Shown: in pieces, positions 55,531-64,000 of the stretch
How the letters are laid out: each line of letters starts with the position of its first letter
How positions within the stretch are numbered: the first letter of the stretch is position 1
Program-made: the position numbers and the translations under genes
The notes under the pieces: generated by a model
Seen by the model: the letters and a program-made list of their open reading frames with translations, nothing else
Told to the model about the DNA's origin: nothing
Database searches by the model: none
Assembly (NCBI RefSeq): GCF_009914755.1
Contig: NC_060929.1
Length of the DNA stretch: 64,000 nt
Reading direction: 5' to 3' (one strand)
Origin: the human T2T-CHM13v2.0 reference genome, Homo sapiens

Positions 55531-55839
55531 CTGAGCCAGAACAAAGGGAAAAGAATAAAATGCAGTACAGAGGGTTTAGATTAGATCTGAGGAAGGATGT
55601 CTGCACAAAGTGAGTTATTATACAATAAAATAAGTTTCAGGAGAAAAATAGTTTTAAACTCTTTCAATATGGGACTCTTCAGAACTAATTCAGATTTGTA
55701 TCCATAAAGGATGTTTAAGATAAAATTTTCTTTCTGAAGCCAGGAAAGCCAACTTTGTTGCTTTATTCCTGGAAGTGTTATCGATTTGATATAGTGAATG
55801 AAGATATTCAAAAGACCTTAAGCAATTAGAAATCCAGGG

Positions 55840-55934
55840 TGATATTTGCATATTCGATCCCACCTACATGACTACCTGTGACCAGGTACTTAAGTTACAT
55901 TACATAACAGAAATCCACACATATATATTAATGA
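55840..55934 (+). repeat. Composite dispersed duplication (62 bp + 31 bp)
   Basis: 55840-55901 matches 56453-56514 at 60/62. 55904-55934 matches 58195-58225 at 31/31. Confidence 0.97.
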
Positions 55935-57884
55935 TAGAATGACACATGTGATATATGCAAGCCTGTCACTATATGCTATAGCAGCATGGAGACTCCAAAA
56001 AATCAACCTGAGTATATTAAGCTGCTTTGTTCAATTTACTTGTATCAGAAGTCCTCTATTGTATGGCATAGAGTTGCCTGACTGTGGGATTTTAAGTGGC
56101 CTGCAAGGAAAGTGCCAAGAGAGGACATAAAATAATAGAGAAGATTGCCAGTGGTTTACTTTTTACTTTTCCAATGTTCTCCTTACAGGATTCTTTCCTT
56201 CTTTAAGCCCTCTCTTTTTTTTTTAATATCTAAATCTCCTACCCCCCTGAGGTGCCCATGATCCAAAGTTTGTCTTCTTCTATATTAATTTCCTCATTTA
56301 CTCTACTCCCAATCCAAACCAGTGCTCCAATGAATGATTTCAGGTTTCTAAAGACCCCAAGAGCAAAGGTCTACTCATTTTGGTTTCGGAGCTCTGGAAG
56401 TTTTGTTTTGTTTTAGTGTTATGTTGTCTTTTCTAAAAGAATTTTGGAAAGTTGATATTTGCATATTCCATCCCACCTACATGACTACCTGTGACTAGGT
56501 ACTTAAGTTACATTTGAATGCATTTTAAGTGACTGAAGGTCAAATGATGCCCAGCATGCATTCTGAATGACATTGAGTTATCAAAAAGCTTGCAATTGCA
56601 GAAACATACTGACCAGAGAAAAACTTCCCTGACAGAGAGAAAAGGCCAGTCTTTGAAGTGCTCATTGACTACAGACTATCTTAAGATAGTTCATTATCAG
56701 TGCACATAAGGACAAATATATTCTGGAGAATTTCTTATTTAGTTCTTGATCAATTGTATTACTATATTTTATATTGCGTACATATTCTTAAATTGGCCCA
56801 TGAAAATAATAGAACAGTAGTTTTAAAAAACTGTTAAAAAGGAGAAATAGTTATAATGCTGATGAATTAAATTATAGCCCCTTATGCTCTCAAAAGCATA
56901 AAAATTAAGTTGATAGCAAGTGACACAGTAAACAAAGAGGTACATTTGTCACTTTTAAATATAATAGGAGAAATATAGTTTCAATAAAAATTCTGCCTGA
57001 TTTTAAATGTTTCTCACTTGAATTTTATGTTTCTATAGTTTTGTTTGAAATTAAACGTTAGGTTTAATTTTATAGCTATATAAAATGTAAACATTGTGTT
57101 ATGTTTGTACAATATTTAAGAAACTTTATATTAAATATAATCTGAGTCAACTATGAAGATCAAAGAGGTGTTTGGTTTTCCTTTAAAAGGTGGTGGTATA
57201 TTATCTCAGACTGAGAAATGTTAGAACAGCCTAGTTCTATGTGTGTTAAAAGGAAAGGGACTTGAGTACTTGATTAAAATAACCTATACTAACTCTCCAA
57301 GTTACTATCATTTTAAAAGAATCCCTGGTAATCCAAACAAATCTCCCCTTGGACTTTTTGCCTTCATAGGCATCCTATGTGAAACCTAACTCATGGCTGT
57401 CACCAATTAGAATTGACTTCCCCGTGCTTCATCCCACATGTAGTGAAAGAATGGTGTTGATAGGTCATATTCATGAGTTTGATGATCCTGAGAGAGAGCT
57501 ACACTGAAAAAAGTGTACATAAGAACCACCAGGATACTTGGGGGAGACACGCAAATTTAATTTGTTTGGGTTAATTCTGAGACTGTATTTTTCCCAAACA
57601 CCTAAGGTAGTACTGATTCAAGGAGGCCAGAGTCCACTCTTAGAGAAACATGCCTTACCATGCCTTCATAGGAACAAGACAATGGGTACTTTAGATTTCA
57701 TGTGACTGTGTATAAGTGACCATATAAGTGGAATGGACCAAGAATTACAATCGGAAGAATACTCGAAGCTACTTTGCTACTGAATATGAGTCAGTGGTCA
57801 TCATTGTTTAGAGAGTTTTTTAAACTACAGAATAAGTGTAGACATATCTGTCTATTTTGCACCAAAGTTTTAAGCATCTTCATT

Positions 57885-58150
57885 TTTGGTACTAGAAGTT
57901 TCATTATCTAAGGAATCAGGACATTTGATTCTTGAGGCTTATTAATGGAGATCATATCCCAGCTACTCTACTTATTAGTTGGGTGACTATAGACTAGTCA
58001 CTTAACTTCTTGGTGCCTCAGTTTATTCACCTATAAAATAAGAATGAAAATATGAGGATAATGAAGAAGTTAAATGAAATAATGAGTGAAACTAGAAACA
58101 TGCCTAGCCACATAATAAGAACCCAGTAGATATTAGTTGCTGTTATTATC
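57885..58150 (+). mobile_element. MIR
   Basis: 'gggtgactatagactagtcacttaacttcttggtgcctcagtttattcacctataaaat...gcctagccacataataag'. Confidence 0.8.
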
Positions 58151-58562
58151 ATATAATATCGTTTATTATTGCCATTTTCATGACTATTATATAAATAACA
58201 GAAATCCACACATATATATTAATGACTTCTCTCTCTAAGATATTGTGTTAGAAAAGATAATAAAACCCAAAATGTGCTCTGAAATACCTTACAAGCTAAT
58301 GGAAGAATTTAGATATGTATCTAAGTAAAAAGAATAAAATGTAGAGAAAGTGGAAATTAAATGTAAGAGAAATGAAATGCAGAAACATTTCAGAGAAATG
58401 ACACATTACTTGTGACCTAAGTAAATGAAAGAGAACCAAGGATGGCTTATGGGGGATGAAATATTTGGGCTGAAACTTGTATGACTGAAATATAGAGATA
58501 AAGAAGAGCTTTCTAGGTTAATTGGAGTAATGTAACAATGCGATGAAGGTAGGAAACCATTT

Positions 58563-58636
58563 GGACAATATGGAAAATTGTGGAGAATTCTCCATATTTG
58601 AACAATATGGAGAATATGTGAACAATATGGAGAATA
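58563..58636. repeat. Small direct and inverted repeat cluster (aacaatatggagaat unit)
   Basis: Direct copies at about 58564, 58599 and 58619, with an inverted copy attctccatatt at 58587-58598. Confidence 0.85.
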
Positions 58637-58862
58637 ATGCATTGGTTACTCTATGTGATATAGTGTTAAGGGTCCAGGGGAAAACAACTTAAAGATGAGC
58701 AGAAAAGACAGACTTGGAGTGGGTGGGGAACATGATAGCAATTGCTAAATACCCTGCCAAGTTTAGCTTGATTCTAAAGACTACTACAAGCTAACAAAGC
58801 ATTGTAGAAATGGGAGTATTAGGGCAAGACTGGCTTTAAGGTAATTTATAAGGCTCCAAGGA

Positions 58863-59050
58863 AGTAGTTTTCAAAATGTGGTCCCGGAACCTGCAGCATC
58901 AGCATCACCTGGGAACTCATTAGAAATGGACATTCTCAGGCCTCTTCCCAGAATAAGTGGATTAGAATCTCTGGAAGTCCACTGTTCTATGCTTTATCAA
59001 GTAATCCAGGTAAAAGTACTCTATGCAAGCTCAAATCTGAGAACCACTTC
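58863..59050. mobile_element. MER5A
   Basis: 'ttttcaaaatgtggtcccggaacctgcagcatcagcatcacctgggaactcattagaaatg...tgagaaccact'. Confidence 0.88.
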
Positions 59051-61054
59051 TGTAAATTACAGAAGAGATTGAAAAAGAAAGAGACCAGAAGCTCTGGGAT
59101 CCACTATGAATCAAGGAAACTAGTTGATGGGCTATCAATGATACTGAAATCCTATGTGAGAGGAAGTGAGGGCATGAGCCAAATCAATAGAGAGAGGAAA
59201 GGAGGTTGAGCCAGTAATATTGTAAAAATAATGTCATTTATACAATATATAATGTTACTATTCTTGGCATCTGTTAGTCTACAGCATCATTAATTTTTAA
59301 AAATGACTTATCAAAAGATAATCCTTAGTTAAAACTATACATATTATGTTATTAGTCAGAAAATATTAAAGTGGGCTAATGGTGCCAACTTCCCACTTCT
59401 ACTTTAAATTTTTGAATTTCATTACAAAAGAAAAGAGGGAATATTCTGCTGTGCTACCATTAAAATTAGCATAGTGAGTACATTTTGTATGAATTTGACA
59501 ATCTCTGTTACCAGTGAATCTAGAACTACCAATCTTCTCTTGCTAAAACCCAACTCTATTTGGTTTCACACTGTGATTTTTTAATGGTCTTATTTGTGCA
59601 TTATTTCAATTTTCATTATATATTGTGCCATTTCGTATTCTCCATGATTATGTTTTCACTGAACAGATGCACTACAGTTTTGCTGCACCAAATTCTATGA
59701 TCCATAATTAGATGTCAATATGTTTTCTTTATGAACTAAATACATTTTTAGTTACTTGGACATTAATTAAAATCACATGCTGGATTGTTACATCCTTTCA
59801 ACACATTTTTGAGGAAATATTTTTGGTTTACTTGAATGCTTTAAAACATTCAGTTTTATACTATGTAATTCTTTTTTCCTAAGAACAGATACTGTAGCTA
59901 ATATATAAATATTAATTACAGAATTATACCACAGAAACCATTAATGTAATATACCCATTCACACACAAAAGAAATGACACTTGATGAATTAGGAAAAAGA
60001 GTACCATTATTTGTATTTATTTTTATAGTAATTCTAGGAAAAAATAAATAAAACAAAATTTCACAATAATGGCAAACAATGACCAATACTGAACTACAAT
60101 GGGAAAAGAAGCAAATTTTAAAATTCACCTACAGACCAAAAAAGACAGGATGAAAAGACAATGCAGAGCTCACACTCTTTAGTCATGTTATATTGTATCA
60201 TTATGGATATTTTTAACTCTTCATAAGTTTGAATGAATGATGTACTCATCTCATGGAAAAACTGAGAACAGGTTTTCCCAAGGATGAAGAGAACATTTCT
60301 AACCTCTAACAAAATGTTGAAAAATCTAACCCCACAGAGTTGCTCCGCATATTCCAGGCATTCCCATCCATTTTTATATCATAAATGCAGTCTGAAACTG
60401 GTGAGAGGTTAGAACAGATAGGGAGGTAAATACATATGGAAATTATTATAGCATGTCTCTATCATTCTATCCCTGTTACTCTAAAGTTTCTGCATTTAAA
60501 GTTACATCCAGCTCACGTGAAAATTCAACAGGTATAAAACTTCCTTCAATAGAAGATATAGGGTTTCCTAACACTCATCCAGTTCTGGCTCCAATATATT
60601 GGGATATAAAGCTTTGGCTTTATGGAAATTTGTTTATCTGAAATAACTCCTCCATTTGAAGTTTCTACTGACTTGCTCCAGGGAATTTAATATATAGCAA
60701 AGTGATATTTATTTGGTTATCTGTGAAATATCCTAAACTACTTATATCTATACAAAGTGGTAAAGAGAACAGTAGTGGGTTCCAATACCTTAGCATTTTA
60801 AATAGTGAGGTGGTATTTTGGAGAATTTGCTGCAAGAATTGGGTCTATAAAACACACAGTCACATTTTATTAGTGATATTTATGTGCATACTTAATAATA
60901 AAGTTCAGAACCTGAGAAAATTAATTCTGCCTTGAAGGCTCCAGGAGGGAGCAGCAAGAAGTCCTTTCCTGTTGAGCAGAGATTATTGCTTGACATTTCT
61001 CTTACTTGCTGAGCAGTTTCCATGTTGACACAGCAGATCTCATCCATGTTAGGA

Positions 61055-61160
61055 AGGCAGAATCTCATACTCCATCCCAGACCTACTGAATCAGCTTCTG
61101 TAGTTTGACAAGATCTTCCAGGTGATTCGTATTGCACACTGAAATTTGAAGACTATTTCT
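61055..61160. mobile_element. MER5A1 fragment
   Basis: 'cccagacctactgaatcag...acaagatcttccaggtgattcgtattgcacactgaaatttga'. Confidence 0.75.
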
Positions 61161-61254
61161 TTGAGACTTTCAGTAAGTCACAATGGAGTGTTCATAAATC
61201 ATATATTCTAGCATATCCAATGCTACTTGGATATTTGTAATGAGAGATGACTGG

Positions 61255-61348
61255 ATGCAAGAGAATATGGGAACATATGTTTTAAAAAATTATTGTTCAT
61301 CTGAAATTCAAATTTAACTGGATGTCCTGATTTTATCCAGCAATCCTA
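61255..61348. mobile_element. MER53 half-element
   Basis: 'aaaaaattattgttcatctgaaattcaaatttaactggatgtcctgattttatccagcaatccta'. Confidence 0.75.
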
Positions 61349-61619
61349 TCTGGGATACACATGCTAACATTATTCCTGCCACTTTAAACATTGCACAGTG
61401 AAACTCCCTGGGGCCCTCACCAAAACTAACCTTTCCACTGGGAGAAGCTCTCATTGGTCTCTGTCCCACACAACTCTCCATAGTCAGGAATCACTAACTC
61501 CTGGCATGCCTGTGCTGAGAACATCCTTGCTATAAGGAATTACTAAAAAACCATGGTAACTTTTTTTCTTTTCTAAGTTTTATATTGATATTTGCCAGTC
61601 GAAAAGCAAATACTGAGAC

Positions 61620-64000
61620 TTTCCTTTCTGGAAATATGGAACACCCACTTTCCCACTGAAAAACTTCTGAAAATGCCAGATATCTTCTTAAATTGATTAA
61701 TTCAAAAGAAAATAAGGAATATTAAAAGTAAAATCTAAATTAAAGTGGGAAATAGAGTATTAAGCTAATTATTGAGGCTAGGTTTAATCCTGAAAGATTT
61801 ACTACACAAAGTAAACCTGCGATGTTTCTAACATGATCTTCCAGAACTCAAAGAACAAGACACAAAGGACTTGTAAAGGCCTAAGGCCTGCCAGGGTAAG
61901 GAGTCTAAGAGAAAATCCTTAAAAAGCTGTGACCCCAGAGGTCCAATATTTATAAGTAAAAGTGAAGGTAAACACATTACCCTGAGTTTTCATAAGTAAA
62001 AGCTAGTTTTCACATGGGTTTGTAGCCTAAATTCACATGAATTGTTATTCTGAAAATCTTACACCAAAAACTGAATTTACATTTGTTCCAAAGTAGGTAA
62101 TACACACAGATGCTATACAGAGGCAAACTGAAACTCTCTTGAGCACGTACCTTCATCTTGGACTGGAGTATTTCCCACAAATAATATTTAGAAAAAGATA
62201 AGATCAAATTGCATAACCTACTCCTACTCTGCCAAAGAAGACACCAAATGAGAAAACAAGCATAGAATAGCAGAAATGGATTTATCAGAATAAAATATTA
62301 AATAAATACATCTAATATATTTTTAAAATAAAAGTGGTATTAAAATATGAATATAAAAATTACTATGTTATTAAAGGAAATGGCCAAGCAGATTTGAAAA
62401 AGAACCAGAGACAATTTATGAAAATAAAACATGTAATTGAAATGTAAAATTCAATGGATAATAATAGATGAGGAATATATAAAAATGGAATTAGTAAACT
62501 AATGAGGAGTCTAAGAGAAAACCCCTAAAAATCTGTGGCCTCCCAATTGTCCAATCTTTATAGTAAAGGCAAAGTTAAGTTAATAACATTTATAAACAAA
62601 ATCCAGCTTCACATGGGTCTGCAGCTTAATTCACCCTATTGGCATGCTCTGAAAAACTCAAGCTAAGATTTGAGTTTACAGAAACATATACAGAAGAAGA
62701 AAAAAACTAAGGTAGAGGAAATATTTGAAAAAAATAAATCTGAGCATTGTCTTATACAAATGAAAGACATCAATCTACATATTCAAAAAGCCTCAAAATT
62801 CTCAAGGTAAATAAAGGAAAAGAAATTCTCGCTAGACTTACAATAATAAAACTGCAGAACCAAAGACAAAGAAAAAAATCTTACAAGAATTGAAAAGCAA
62901 ATTATTTGTCAATGAGTGAAGGGTAGGCTGATAGTTGACTCAATCAAAGCCAGAATTAAAGTTTACATTAAATGTGAGGACAAAAATAACTATGAACAAT
63001 CAATTCTACCTATAAAGTTACTATTTCTTGAGAACAAGATGGCATAGGGTCTTTTCCAAAGAAAGCATGATAGATTTTCTTAGCACACAAGAAATAGAAA
63101 AACGTTTTTACTGGATAAATGTAATTAGAAAAAAAACCTATACCTAACATGATTCTTAACAATGAAATACTGAAAACTTGCCCTGTAGCATCAGAAACAA
63201 GACAATGGTACTGACTATCATTACGTCTATTCATGATTGTACTAGTTGTGATGGCCAGGACAATAAAGCAAGAAAAATAAATCAAAGTATATGCATTGGA
63301 AATTAGAAAATAAAGATTTCCTTAATGATCAACATATTAGAAAGCCAAGGAAAATCAGTAGACATATTATTAGAATTGATTAGAAGATAGCGTAGCAAGC
63401 TTGCAAGATACAAAGTAGCAAACAAAAAGCAATTACATTTTTATGCACGAATCACAAATTTAGAATGTACAACATTTTTAGTGTCATTTAATGTTTTATA
63501 GAAATATATGGAGCCTAAGGAACAAATCTAACAAAAATCTGTGAAAAATGTATGAAGAAAATTATAAAACTTACTTAAAAATTAAAGAATTAAACTAGAG
63601 AGATATTAAATAAATTGAATATTAATAAGTGGAAGGATTCTGCATCATAAATATATTGAATCTCTCTTTTTGTCAATAAAATACAGTTTCTAACTAGATT
63701 TTCTTTATGTAGAACTTGACGAGTTGATTAAAAATGAAAGACTAAAGGACTAGGAATTGCTGACTCTTCTAAATAATAAATTGGAGTGTATCACTAGATT
63801 TCAAGAATTTTTATTTTTAAATTATTGAAATTAAGACAGTGTGGCATTACCTCAGAGACCAAAAAATAGTCCAAAGAAAATAGTCTAGAAAAAGCCCACC
63901 AATATAAAGAAACCTGATTTATGACAAAGGTGACATTTCAGATCAGTGGTAGAAAGATGAAATATATTGTAAACACTGCTGGGACAATTGGTTATCCATA
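61620..64000 (+). mobile_element. Very old L1 (L1M/ME) 5' region, ORF1 and ORF2 pieces, running off the window
   Basis: ORF1-like 'tgaaagacatcaatctacatattcaaaaagc...ataaaactgcagaaccaaagacaaagaaaaaaatctta'. ORF2-like 'atcagaaacaagacaatg', 'caagcttgcaagatacaaag' and 'ctgatttatgacaaaggtg'. Confidence 0.8.

Overview
AT-rich, CpG-poor primate (almost certainly human) intronic or intergenic DNA. I find no protein-coding gene, CpG island, structural RNA gene or CRISPR array. The listed short ORFs are mostly repeat-derived or chance frames. The window is a layered transposon landscape: two near-full-length Tigger1 copies (4.3-6.9 kb and 52.3-54.7 kb, both minus), nine Alus (J, S and Y types), a 6.4 kb L1MA-type LINE carrying a THE1 LTR, older L1ME/L2/MIR relics, about ten solo LTRs (MLT2, MLT1, MST, THE1, MER34) and several hAT/Tigger MITEs. 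Repeat-poor islands hold candidate non-coding exons (+51304-51349, -55393-55530) and enhancer-like stretches. I could not identify the host locus. I found no evidence for a new multi-gene system. The most notable signals are DNA-level. (1) A composite 95-bp segment at 55840-55934 is built from two pieces copied from 0.6 and 2.3 kb away. (2) The two Tigger1 copies appear to share a cluster of non-consensus variants over about 200 bp. (3) A Tigger1 terminus is duplicated together with its host flank. (4) A MIR appears circularly permuted. (5) The THE1 LTR keeps an intact DUX4 motif and splice donor. Repeat subfamily names come from recalled consensus sequences and need RepeatMasker/Dfam confirmation. 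Coordinates of old repeats are approximate.
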